Source: Candidatus Latescibacterota bacterium | Lineage (GTDB): Bacteria > Latescibacterota > UBA2968 | DNA length: 64,000 nucleotides | Assembly (NCBI GenBank): GCA_965205975.1 | Contig: OZ242195.1 | Location: forward strand, 1,472,001-1,536,000 | Direction of reading: 5' to 3' | In this document: positions 50,667 through 59,940 of the stretch, piece by piece | Layout of the letters: every line of letters starts with the position of its first letter | How positions within the stretch are numbered: the first letter of the stretch is position 1 | Program-made: the position numbers and the translations under genes | The notes under the pieces: generated by a model | What the model was told of the DNA's origin: nothing | Database searches by the model: none | What the model saw: the letters and a program-made list of their open reading frames with translations, nothing else

Positions 50667-50979
50667 AATTGTGACGCTGGGAGATAAAGAAATTGAGGTA
50701 GATGAAGATGGGTTTATCCAACAGCCCGAGCTTTGGGACGAAGATGTAGCGCGTGATCTGGCCCGGCAAGATGGCATTGAGGAGATGACCAAAGATCACT
50801 GGCAGGTCGTGTATTATATCCGCAATTATTGGTTGAAATTTGAAATCGCTCCATTGATCCGCCGCTTGTGCAAAGAGACAGAAAAAGATATCGATACGAT
50901 TTACGACCTGTTTTCCGCTGGTCCCGCAGATGGCGCGTGTAAAATCGCAGGTTTGCCAACGCCTACGGGGTGTACGTGA
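50656..50979 (+). CDS. dsrC: DsrC/TusE family sulfur relay protein with both C-terminal cysteines
   Basis: VDEDGFI..PELW, HWQVVYYIRNY, IYDLFSAGPADGACKIAGLPTPTGC (C-x10-C). Confidence 0.88.
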   Translation: MAYEIVTLGDKEIEVDEDGFIQQPELWDEDVARDLARQDGIEEMTKDHWQVVYYIRNYWLKFEIAPLIRRLCKETEKDIDTIYDLFSAGPADGACKIAGLPTPTGCT

Positions 50980-50985
50980 CCAACT

Positions 50986-51882
50986 CTACCCCGTACGCGC
51001 TTGAATATTCGACATATCTTCAATAACCGTGAGCAAACCCGAGTGGTCGAGTTCGCCCCGACCTTTGATCATTGCGGTCTTAAAAAGCTCAAAAACCTCG
51101 CTGGTAACGGGCAAGGGTACGCCGAAATCATTGCTCGTTTTCTGGATGATATTGAGGTCTTTGTAGTGCAGGCGAATGCGAAAACCGGGATCAAAATCCC
51201 CGTTGACCATACGCTCACCCCTGTTTTCAAGTACACCGCAGCGCGCAAGTCCCCCACTGAGCACCTGAACAATTTTGATTGGATCAACGCCTGCTTTGGT
51301 ACCCATTGTGAGTGCTTCAGATACGCCGGCAATAGTGACGGCAACGAGGATTTGATTGCACGCTTTCACGGTTTGCCCAGCGCCGAGCGGTCCACACAAA
51401 ATCGCACTTTGGCCCATAACGTCAAAGAGCGGTTTGACCTTGTTGAACGTATCTTCATCGCCGCCAACCATAATGGAAAGAGTGGCGTTTTGAGCGCCGA
51501 TGTCGCCACCGCTGACGGGTGCATCGAGACTTTGAACGCCTTTTTCCGAGAGCACCTCCCCCACCTGCGTGGTAACACTGGGCGCAATCGTGCTCATATC
51601 GACGAAAATCAGACCCTCGTGCGCGCCTCCAATAATCCCGCCCTCGCCCAAAGCGACGCTTTCGACATCGGGTGAATCGGGCAACATAGTGATAACAATA
51701 TCGCTTTGTGCTGCCACCTCTTTACCAGAATGCGCTTCTGCTGCCCCTCTACCAACGAGTTCATCGACCGCATCTCGATTGCGGTTGTGTACGACGAGCT
51801 CATATCCAGCATCCATCAAATGACCGGCCATCGGTTTGCCCATGATCCCGAGACCGATAAACCCAATTTTTGGCTTCGACAT
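50986..51882 (-). CDS. garR: 2-hydroxy-3-oxopropionate (tartronate semialdehyde) reductase
   Basis: IGFIGLGIMGKPMA, ITMLPDSPDV, LDAPVSGG, GAGQTVKACNQI, PGFRIRLHYKDL. Confidence 0.85.
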   Translation of the reverse strand: MSKPKIGFIGLGIMGKPMAGHLMDAGYELVVHNRNRDAVDELVGRGAAEAHSGKEVAAQSDIVITMLPDSPDVESVALGEGGIIGGAHEGLIFVDMSTIAPSVTTQVGEVLSEKGVQSLDAPVSGGDIGAQNATLSIMVGGDEDTFNKVKPLFDVMGQSAILCGPLGAGQTVKACNQILVAVTIAGVSEALTMGTKAGVDPIKIVQVLSGGLARCGVLENRGERMVNGDFDPGFRIRLHYKDLNIIQKTSNDFGVPLPVTSEVFELFKTAMIKGRGELDHSGLLTVIEDMSNIQARTG

Positions 51883-51931
51883 GTATTAAACTCCTTTCAA
51901 CGGAAAATATAATTTATCAAAACAAGGATTC

Positions 51932-52855
51932 CTATAACTTCCTCAACTCCGCAAGCGAGGGAAAGGCATGGCGCTCCCACACTCGTACAACCACCCCATC
52001 TACGATATAGGCCAATCGCGGATACCCATGCGCATGGGTCAAGCGCTTGAAATCGGCAAAAGAAATAGTTGCTATGGTAAAACGCGGTCGGAACTGCATT
52101 TTGAATTGCGCGGTCACGGGATGATCTTTGGGATACTGGCTCAAAGCAATCAACCTGGGCACTTCTGGATCGGCAGCCCAGACATTGAGCTTGGGCACGG
52201 CGACCTGGCAATAGTGACAACTTGGACTAAATAATTCGATCAGATAGGCTCCACGCGTCAAATCGATATCCACATCTAACAGGGATAAACCTTTCAGATA
52301 ATCACCCACCTGCAGGTCTGAATCAGCTATCCGATCGCGCTCGGGCACATATCTAAAACCCAGCACAGTCATGGCAACCAATCCACCGACTAGGACCACC
52401 CATCGCCCCCATGCCCATAGCGCAACGGACCTTCGCCGCAACCCCCACCAGGAAAAGACCAGCAACCCCAGCATAAGAAAATTTTCCACCATTGCCTCAG
52501 TTGGCGAGCGATCGACCAGAGTACCAAAACACCCACAACTCTCCCCCATCCCCCGATGCAAGGCATGGGCGGTAATCGCGATAAAAAAAACCATCATCAC
52601 CACACCTATGGGCAAAACGAGACGCGGCTTCCAATCGACCAGAAGCGCGAGACCCACCAGGCATTCTAACGGGCCGAGCAACAGTGCCAAACGGGCGACC
52701 ATCTCTACTGTCTCGCGCCCGACAAAAATCTGGGCAGGTATCACAGCCTCCCAAAAAAAGAGCACGGGATCCCATATCTTAGTCAGACCAGCCACCAGAA
52801 AAACCACACCCATAATTCTCTGGCTTACCCACAGGCTCTTTTCTAATCCACTCAT
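51932..52855 (-). CDS. DoxX/MauE family membrane protein with C-terminal thioredoxin-like domain
   Basis: GVVFLVAGLTK.DP, SCGCFG, then FSPSCHYC and HGYPRL (cis-Pro loop). Confidence 0.8.
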   Translation of the reverse strand: MSGLEKSLWVSQRIMGVVFLVAGLTKIWDPVLFFWEAVIPAQIFVGRETVEMVARLALLLGPLECLVGLALLVDWKPRLVLPIGVVMMVFFIAITAHALHRGMGESCGCFGTLVDRSPTEAMVENFLMLGLLVFSWWGLRRRSVALWAWGRWVVLVGGLVAMTVLGFRYVPERDRIADSDLQVGDYLKGLSLLDVDIDLTRGAYLIELFSPSCHYCQVAVPKLNVWAADPEVPRLIALSQYPKDHPVTAQFKMQFRPRFTIATISFADFKRLTHAHGYPRLAYIVDGVVVRVWERHAFPSLAELRKL

Positions 52856-52869
52856 AGATGTTTCCTCTT

Positions 52870-53700
52870 TCAGTTAATAAATAACGGCTGATCGGATCGC
52901 GGTACAATGCCCGCTTCTTCTGCACGCGCAAAAAGATCGACCAGTGCAGCCTCGCCATCTGCGCCGTAATCCAACGTGTATTCATTGACGTAGAGATCGA
53001 TGTGCTGCTGCATAACAGCTTCGTCCATCTCCTGTGCGTGCTCGCGGATGTAATTTTTAACTGCATCCGGGTTTTCATGTGCATATTCCACACTGGCGCA
53101 AAGAGATACATCAATTTGTTGAATCATTTCTTTGCCGAGATCACGTCGGGCGAGAATACCGCCGAGCGGAATGGGATGTCCCGTAGATGCCTCCCACCAT
53201 TCGCCCAGGTCAATGACTTTGTGCAGACCATAATCGGGATAGGTAAATCGCGATTCGTGGATAATCACGCCGGCATCAACATCGCCTTTTTGCGTGGCCT
53301 CCATAATCTCGTCAAAAGGCATTGCAACGAGATTGTCAAGTGCAGGATTAAAGAGACGCAGCAAGAGCGCGGCCGTGGTGAGTTCGCCGGGAATGGCAAT
53401 GCGTTTGCCCAACAAAGCGCTTGGATCAAGGGCATCAGACGCGATAACGAGCGGTCCACACCCACGCCCCAATGCCCCCCCCGAATGCAACAGACAATAG
53501 CGATCTCGCATAAATGCAAGCGCGTGGAATGATATCTTGGTCATATCCAATTTACCAGCCATAGCCATGCGATTCAGCGTCTCGATATCTTCGAGAATCT
53601 CGCGGCATCTGGGCGCGCCGTCAATTTTTCCGTGAACCAGACCGTAGAAAATATATGTGTCATTGGGACACGGGGAATAACCAAGAGAAATACGGGACAT
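52870..53700 (-). CDS. mqnD: 1,4-dihydroxy-6-naphthoate synthase
   Basis: LGYSPCPNDTYIF, GGALGRGCGP, IIHESRFTY, DLGEWWE, HIDLYVN. Confidence 0.95.
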   Translation of the reverse strand: MSRISLGYSPCPNDTYIFYGLVHGKIDGAPRCREILEDIETLNRMAMAGKLDMTKISFHALAFMRDRYCLLHSGGALGRGCGPLVIASDALDPSALLGKRIAIPGELTTAALLLRLFNPALDNLVAMPFDEIMEATQKGDVDAGVIIHESRFTYPDYGLHKVIDLGEWWEASTGHPIPLGGILARRDLGKEMIQQIDVSLCASVEYAHENPDAVKNYIREHAQEMDEAVMQQHIDLYVNEYTLDYGADGEAALVDLFARAEEAGIVPRSDQPLFIN

Positions 53701-53713
53701 GATGAACCTCGCG

Positions 53714-54433
53714 TCATAGAGCCTCAACGAATTTTTGCGCTGCAATTTGCACACGATGGACAGATTGGGGAATATCCCAGGTGTCTTTGTTGCGGTCTTC
53801 TACAAGATTACTAATAGCGCGTAATTCGAGAAATGGAACCGCGTAAAGGGTGCAGACATGTGCCGCAGCCGCACCCTCCATGTTTTCACATATCGCATTG
53901 AAACGCGCTGCCAGTTCATTGCCAATATCCTCGCGCCCTGTACATTGTTGCACCGTAACAAAAGGACCTTGCACAACACATTCGCCCGATTGTTCGAGTA
54001 TGTGCTGCGCCCTGGCGACAAGCGCGGGATCGAGAGAATACGTATTGTAATAATCGCGATCTGTTGACAGGACGGGAATACCGATCTCATCAGCAGGAGA
54101 CCAGCCAGCAGGTGTGATGACGCCTAAATCGCCATAATTTTCTTCGGTCGCAAGTGCGAGATCGCCCTTATCCAGGCCACTGCCGAGATAAGCACCGCCT
54201 ATGCCGATTTGCAGAACGAGTTCGGGATCAATTTCCTGGAGTGCAACAGTGAGCGCCTGCGCCGTATTGACCGCCCCAATACCCGTTTCAACAAGGACTA
54301 CGGGGCTGATGCCAATCATACCACAAACCCAGACGCGATGTCCCAGGCGCTGTGTTGTCGCCTGTTGAAGACTATCGCGCAAACGCTGTTGCTCATAAGC
54401 CGTGGCTGTCAGGATAAGCAGAGGATCGGGCAT
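53714..54433 (-). CDS. mqnB: Futalosine hydrolase
   Basis: TGIGAVN, GIGGAY, YGDLG, ENMEGAAAAHVC, ELRAISNLVEDR. Adjacent to mqnD. Confidence 0.92.
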   Translation of the reverse strand: MPDPLLILTATAYEQQRLRDSLQQATTQRLGHRVWVCGMIGISPVVLVETGIGAVNTAQALTVALQEIDPELVLQIGIGGAYLGSGLDKGDLALATEENYGDLGVITPAGWSPADEIGIPVLSTDRDYYNTYSLDPALVARAQHILEQSGECVVQGPFVTVQQCTGREDIGNELAARFNAICENMEGAAAAHVCTLYAVPFLELRAISNLVEDRNKDTWDIPQSVHRVQIAAQKFVEAL

Positions 54434-54443
54434 GGTCGAGTAC

Positions 54444-55463
54444 CTAAAAAGAAAAGGGTATCTTCAGAGGCACGGTCCGCCGCGCAGGTTCGTACCATCC
54501 CTGAGGGGCGAAATGATCGGAATGCAAATAGCATTTTACATCTACTTTGTCGCATCCTTCCGCAAAGGTCAAAACACGACTCATCGGCACGTTCTTTTGC
54601 CCGTGAAATTTTGAAATCGCAGCGACGTTAATAAATGTCGCGCCCCACTTCTGTTCCACATGCGAACACCCGCCCGTCGTATCTTCGGGATTTGTATGCG
54701 TGTGTCCGCCCAGCCAGATATCACAAACACCGGGATTATCTGCCAGAAAACCTTCAAATTGTCCGCTATCTGGTTTGCCCCCCACCCAGTAGAGATACGA
54801 AGCCCCAATAGGCGCGCCATCGTCAAAACGACCGTGATAGCCTTCATCCACGCCCACCCAATCGAGCGAAGCAACCGTCGTCTCTTTTAACATGTGGTGA
54901 TGTGCGGAAATAATAATTTTATCCCGATGGGAAAGCACCGTATCGCGCCACCATTCAAATGTCTCCTGCGTGACAGCGCCTGCGGGATAACCGCCCCTTT
55001 TCCCCCGTCCCACAGGCGGCCCACCGTCATTGCGATCACCCATACACAAAAACAGGATATTGCCCACCTCAAAAGAATACCGATCCCACTGTCCGGTTAC
55101 GGGATATGGTCGTTGATCGGCATAAACTCCCGAATATTCGGAATTCACACCCATCGGATCCACCCACTTTTGAAACCACCACTGCGTCTCTTCATCGGGA
55201 CCACTCGCATCGTGATTGCCCACGATATTGTAAAAATGCGATCGCGGATGTTTGGTCGATACACTGTATTGTCGAACCACCTCCTCGCCTTCTTCATCAT
55301 CGGGCGGTTCCTGCGCGCCGGATAGATCGCCAATATCGAGCATCACATCCCATTCAAAATCTCGCTCTGCCTGCAAAATGGCAGTTTCCAAACTCTTTCG
55401 CCCCCGCCGCAGATCCGTTCCCACATGTGCATCCCCACCAGCCCAGAGTGTAAATGCGTTCAT
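54444..55463 (-). CDS. Calcineurin-like metallophosphoesterase
   Basis: DAH, GD, GNHD, HH, GHTH motifs. ATGA overlap with the upstream gene. Confidence 0.85.
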   Translation of the reverse strand: MNAFTLWAGGDAHVGTDLRRGRKSLETAILQAERDFEWDVMLDIGDLSGAQEPPDDEEGEEVVRQYSVSTKHPRSHFYNIVGNHDASGPDEETQWWFQKWVDPMGVNSEYSGVYADQRPYPVTGQWDRYSFEVGNILFLCMGDRNDGGPPVGRGKRGGYPAGAVTQETFEWWRDTVLSHRDKIIISAHHHMLKETTVASLDWVGVDEGYHGRFDDGAPIGASYLYWVGGKPDSGQFEGFLADNPGVCDIWLGGHTHTNPEDTTGGCSHVEQKWGATFINVAAISKFHGQKNVPMSRVLTFAEGCDKVDVKCYLHSDHFAPQGWYEPARRTVPLKIPFSF

Positions 55464-56344
55464 TGCGACCCCCGCCACCCGATATCAATACTCGTGTACC
55501 CATCGGTATATCGCTTCAAATGGTCCGGAATATTTTTCAAAAACCACTGGCCTGATTCCGGTATCTTCCACGGAATATCGATTCTGTGATCGCGATCCCT
55601 GAACCCAATCGCGCACGAAAGGCGCGTTTCACCCAACCGATTGGGAAATGCCCCGTGGTACGTGCGGTGGGCAAACACAATCATATCTCCCCCATTTGTG
55701 AACAGGGGAACCAACCCCGGAATATCAAACCCCGCGTAGCGATGTTCTTTCTCGCCTTCGGGATAAAACGAACGTCGATCTGCCGTCATCTTAAATCCTT
55801 CGGGACCTTCCCAGCCCTCCACATGAGAATCTTCGATCACGCACAGGCCACCGTGAACCGGGCGCGACCCTGTCAGATAAAACCACTTGCCCGACGGCCA
55901 GAGTCCGCGATTCAACACATCGCCCGAGTTCAAAATTTTATCGGAATATCCACACCAATCCGTATGCCACCCCACGGGCTGAGACCCCGACATGCGGATA
56001 ATCGCAGCAGAGCGATGGACGGTCATATCATTTGTGCCAATCAAATGCCGGTGAATAGCCATGAATGGCTCGTATTCCAAAAGCTCCCATGCACCTGGTC
56101 CAGATTCAATCCACGCATGTCGCGTGCGACTCTGCCCGCCCTCTAACGTCCCGTCTGGATCTGTGCCGTCATACACTGCCTGTTTGAGCTTTTCGACAAT
56201 CTCGTCAGGCAACACGTCTTTAATAATTGCAAACCCGTGCGCCTCCAGGCACTCGGACATTACATCGAGTTCATCTGTAGCAAATTCATAGCAATAGCCC
56301 AAATCGGGCTTTTTAATATGTGAGTAGTCTGCTTTTAATGCCAT
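55460..56344 (-). CDS. Phytanoyl-CoA dioxygenase (PhyH) family Fe/2OG oxygenase
   Basis: GFAIIKDVL, WHTD (HxD), GGLCVIEDSH, GDMIVF..TYHG..PN...TR. Confidence 0.85.
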   Translation of the reverse strand: MALKADYSHIKKPDLGYCYEFATDELDVMSECLEAHGFAIIKDVLPDEIVEKLKQAVYDGTDPDGTLEGGQSRTRHAWIESGPGAWELLEYEPFMAIHRHLIGTNDMTVHRSAAIIRMSGSQPVGWHTDWCGYSDKILNSGDVLNRGLWPSGKWFYLTGSRPVHGGLCVIEDSHVEGWEGPEGFKMTADRRSFYPEGEKEHRYAGFDIPGLVPLFTNGGDMIVFAHRTYHGAFPNRLGETRLSCAIGFRDRDHRIDIPWKIPESGQWFLKNIPDHLKRYTDGYTSIDIGWRGSQ

Positions 56345-56358
56345 CGAAAACTCCTTTG

Positions 56359-59064
56359 TTATTTCATCTCAAAATCTCCCGAACCAACCGCACGGTGTTC
56401 CACATCCTCATCTCGAATGGTCACAAACGACGATGTCCGAATCTGCAACTGCACTGTGCCCTCAATCTCCCGAAGTGGAAAAAAGCAATGCGCCATTCCC
56501 GTATTTGTAATGCGAAAACCGGGATCGTCTTCGAGAATGACCTCCCTACCCACCACGCGTTGAACGCGCAACCCGCGCGTTGTACCATCGCCAAATGTCA
56601 CCACAGCAACAACATCTTCTATGTCCCCCATTTCAGGCGTACCATTTATGACCAATGCATGATACGGCGCGCCATCCTGTATTCGCAATACATCTGTAAC
56701 CCGCCCCGTATAGATACCGCCACCTGTTAATTGCGCTGTTTTCCATTGCACCTTCTCCCCACCCCATAAACCCATAACTCGCGCCTCACCATCCTGCTCG
56801 CGCACAAAACCGACTTCGCCTTGAAAAATGAGATCGCCCCTGTGAAAGACATCTATCCCGGGTCGCAGAACAATGTGATCCATACCGCCCCGATGGCGCA
56901 CTTTCAGGTACACGCCACGCTCGCCAATATCCTCCACCTCAACAGAATCGATAAACGCCTTATCCCGAAATGGTTCGTGAACAGCCATGAATCGACTCGG
57001 TGATTGATCTTTTTGCCGAACCATCAACATGGGCATGCGAAATTGGTCGAGTAGCGGTTCGTCTTCGTCTGCACGCCGCACAGAGGGCGCGTCCCCCACA
57101 AAAAGTTCGCTATCCGTCAACCCCACAAGATGAATACGCACGGCAACATCATCCCCGTGAAAGGTGACACGCGCATCCTGTACATGATCGTTATGTAACA
57201 CATTCTGAAAAAATGCAAGCGCGACATTCCGTCCCTCTGCATCCCCCCGGTCGCGTTCGTGTTCTGGAAATCGTACCTTCACACCCGGTAGCAAATTTTC
57301 ACCATAATTCTGCAAAGGCACATTGACCTCTGTCCGCATATCGCCATCCGCGCTTCCGTGCATCACCCAATCGCGCTGATCGCCGCCTCGAACGCGAAAT
57401 AAATCAACCACATAGTGATCCTCTCCCTCCGCATTTACAAGCATGACCAATCGCCGATATTCTTCCGCCAGTCCGGGATACACATCCTCTCCACTCGCTT
57501 CCACCCATTGCACAGGGGGGTATGCGGCTTCAAACGCCAGCAGAGAACCATCTATAATACCCTTTCGATTGGAGCGTTCTTGTTCCCCTTCATCAATTAA
57601 CACAGTATTGTGGCACAAGGTGCTCGTTGCCCAGCTTCGATATCGGGTATGGGTATAGCCCACATCGGAGAGCAGTTCCTGCCCCTTAGCAAAAAGCATC
57701 AGATTCAAATTGTCCGCATGGGCATGCCCATAAGCCCCCGAAAAGTGCAAATGCACCTGCACTTGATGTTCGCCCTTTCCTCTCCCCAACCACGCATGCC
57801 CAATACCCGGCAGCAATGTCGAATGCGACTGTTCAAGCGGTTTCACATTGGGATCAACCCGTCGGCTATCCAACCGCGCCCAGGCATCGTGCATGGGAAT
57901 CCACCGCCCATCGGGATATCTACAAATATCCAGAAGATGATTTGCCTTTCTCACAATGGCAATATCTCGCTCCAGATCGAGATTGTCGTATCGCACGCCA
58001 TCGTCCGATACATAACCCAATGAGTCGGAATACCCTTTCAGCGCGTCAAACACTCCCTGCATACCCGCCATTGTCATCCGGTGATACCCCAAACTGCCTT
58101 CATGCCAGAACCCATCCGCATAAAATTGACGCTCAAACAGCCCAATACTTCGACGAACTGCTTCATGCACCAGTTCCGGATCGCCCAAAACGCGGCCAAT
58201 CACCGCATACCCTACGTAAATTCGAGGGCTTGCATTGCCATAAGTGATCTCGTGAAAACCTTCCTGGCGAATGGCCCCGCGGAAAAAATCGTCCTCAATC
58301 CGCTTTTTCACATCTACCCCAATCGCATCGGACAATCGCTCCAATTCGCCACTTGCATAAATCGCATCGTAAGCCAGTGCCAGATTGGTCGGCATTTCAT
58401 CTGCACGCCACCGCCCCCACTTTCCTCCAAAATTTGGATAGGGAGGTTCAAACACAAATCCCTTTTGTTCGTGTGCTCGATCATAACTCACCAGAAAACC
58501 CGGATAATACCGCGCAAATGCGTCCAGAATCAGTGCCACGCGTCGCGCATACGTCGCATCTCCCGTTGCCTGGTATAACTGCCCCAAATCTTCCGCAATC
58601 GCCGCAAAATACACACGCGCTTCTCGCCACGCCTTTGCCCGAAAATAATACCGAAAACCCGTCTCATCTTCCCAAAAGGGATATGTCACCGTCTCACCCA
58701 CCGGATTGACGACCGTTAGTACCTGGTCATCGGGATACGCCTCATTGGGAAACACCATCTCGCAATATCGGCACTGCACGCGATGAGGATCTTTAATTGA
58801 CCACCGCAACTGCCCTTCCTGAGCACCCGCATCGCAATCGGGACATCCCACAAATCGAAACCCTGTCTTATCGGGGATCAACGCCACCATCTCAGCTTCA
58901 GAAAGCGCCATCACTGCTCGCACGCGCCGTTTCATACGCGCAACTTCCTTCTCGGTTAAATTCACCTGATAAACCGGGCGTTCACTGGCTTGCATAGCCA
59001 ATACTCCTGTGAAAATTTGTATTGTGATCAGAAGAATGCGTATCGAAGCATTAAAAGTGTCCAT
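56359..59064 (-). CDS. Heparinase II/III-like protein with N-terminal CxxC..CxxC motif
   Basis: DGFWHEGSLGYH, HAHADNLNL, LLSDVGY, TLCHNTVLIDE. Alternative start at ATG 58995 after AGGAG. Confidence 0.82.
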   Translation of the reverse strand: MDTFNASIRILLITIQIFTGVLAMQASERPVYQVNLTEKEVARMKRRVRAVMALSEAEMVALIPDKTGFRFVGCPDCDAGAQEGQLRWSIKDPHRVQCRYCEMVFPNEAYPDDQVLTVVNPVGETVTYPFWEDETGFRYYFRAKAWREARVYFAAIAEDLGQLYQATGDATYARRVALILDAFARYYPGFLVSYDRAHEQKGFVFEPPYPNFGGKWGRWRADEMPTNLALAYDAIYASGELERLSDAIGVDVKKRIEDDFFRGAIRQEGFHEITYGNASPRIYVGYAVIGRVLGDPELVHEAVRRSIGLFERQFYADGFWHEGSLGYHRMTMAGMQGVFDALKGYSDSLGYVSDDGVRYDNLDLERDIAIVRKANHLLDICRYPDGRWIPMHDAWARLDSRRVDPNVKPLEQSHSTLLPGIGHAWLGRGKGEHQVQVHLHFSGAYGHAHADNLNLMLFAKGQELLSDVGYTHTRYRSWATSTLCHNTVLIDEGEQERSNRKGIIDGSLLAFEAAYPPVQWVEASGEDVYPGLAEEYRRLVMLVNAEGEDHYVVDLFRVRGGDQRDWVMHGSADGDMRTEVNVPLQNYGENLLPGVKVRFPEHERDRGDAEGRNVALAFFQNVLHNDHVQDARVTFHGDDVAVRIHLVGLTDSELFVGDAPSVRRADEDEPLLDQFRMPMLMVRQKDQSPSRFMAVHEPFRDKAFIDSVEVEDIGERGVYLKVRHRGGMDHIVLRPGIDVFHRGDLIFQGEVGFVREQDGEARVMGLWGGEKVQWKTAQLTGGGIYTGRVTDVLRIQDGAPYHALVINGTPEMGDIEDVVAVVTFGDGTTRGLRVQRVVGREVILEDDPGFRITNTGMAHCFFPLREIEGTVQLQIRTSSFVTIRDEDVEHRAVGSGDFEMK

Positions 59065-59574
59065 TTAAAGAAGTCCGCTAATATTCTGAACAGGTGAAAA
59101 GTATCCTGCATCAACCATAGCTTGAAGAACATCATCAGCCTCTTGAGGTGTTAGTATCTCATCACGGCAACACACCTTGAGAATACCAATTGTTCCCGTA
59201 AATTGCACATTACGTTCTATACAACAGTCTCTTGCAGCCTTGTCATCTGTAGCGACAATTCCACCGCGGCTTTGTACACAGGCAATACAGGAAGCTTCGC
59301 CGGGTGACAAGATTCGCAATAAGTCACGAAATACTACTCTTTCTCTACCTTTCAAAATATCCGCTTGAGCAAATACACCTGTCCTGACTGCATCTTCTAT
59401 TTCTCGCAATGCATGATATCCTTCCGTAATACCATCGGTAATTTCATCCAAAACAGGAGATGTGATCTGAATCTGGGAACCATAACGCACGACCAACAAA
59501 TCCAAATGGTTTGTCAGTGCAAAATTGCATAATGTCACTGTATCAAAATAATACTGAGGCATATCTTCAGGCAT
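59065..59574 (-). CDS. PIN-domain protein (DUF3368-like), putative toxin
   Basis: YYFDTVTLCNF, LSPGEASCIA, VATDDKAAR, GTIGIL. Confidence 0.85.
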   Translation of the reverse strand: MPEDMPQYYFDTVTLCNFALTNHLDLLVVRYGSQIQITSPVLDEITDGITEGYHALREIEDAVRTGVFAQADILKGRERVVFRDLLRILSPGEASCIACVQSRGGIVATDDKAARDCCIERNVQFTGTIGILKVCCRDEILTPQEADDVLQAMVDAGYFSPVQNISGLL

Positions 59575-59881
59575 TGGCTGTATCCTCATCGGCATACGCA
59601 CTGTTCTGATCAATTCCATGTTCTATGAGCCACTGTCTCAACTGTAAAATGTGCATTCCCATTACACGCGCCAGTTTACCGAGACTGATAAATCCACCTT
59701 GATAAGCTACAAGCGCCTGGCTTTGATGCAGAGGCAGATCGGCAAATGAAATTTGGTAACATGCCAAAAGTGCCTCGCGCACGAGTTGATCTTTGCTTTT
59801 ACGCCGCGATTTTGCCAATAGCTGGAGTCTTTCATCCATCTCTCTGTCGAGTTTTACATGCAACGTCGTTCCCTGTGCCAT
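59567..59881 (-). CDS. RHH + UPF0175-like antitoxin
   Basis: TLHVKLD..RLQLLAK..SKDQLVREAL, AYQGGFISLGKLARVMG. Overlaps the PIN gene. Confidence 0.82.
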   Translation of the reverse strand: MAQGTTLHVKLDREMDERLQLLAKSRRKSKDQLVREALLACYQISFADLPLHQSQALVAYQGGFISLGKLARVMGMHILQLRQWLIEHGIDQNSAYADEDTANA

Positions 59882-59904
59882 ATTACCTCCTCAAAATATG
59901 CGTA

Positions 59905-59933
59905 TTGACATGATATATAAGGTTCTCTACATT
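59905..59933 (+). promoter_or_regulatory. sigma70 promoter, probably giving a leaderless transcript
   Basis: TTGACA-N17-TACATT, with an ATG 7 nt after the -10 box. Confidence 0.7.
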
Positions 59934-59940
59934 GTGCTAT

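Noticed and set aside
50977..50979. Selenocysteine read-through at the dsrC TGA
   Set aside because: The protein already ends at the family's normal C-terminus (GC-x), and a convergent gene ends 6 nt later.
47272..50979. Calling the organism a sulfate reducer or nitrate respirer
   Set aside because: No dsrAB, aprAB, sat or narGH in the window, so this cannot be concluded from these genes.
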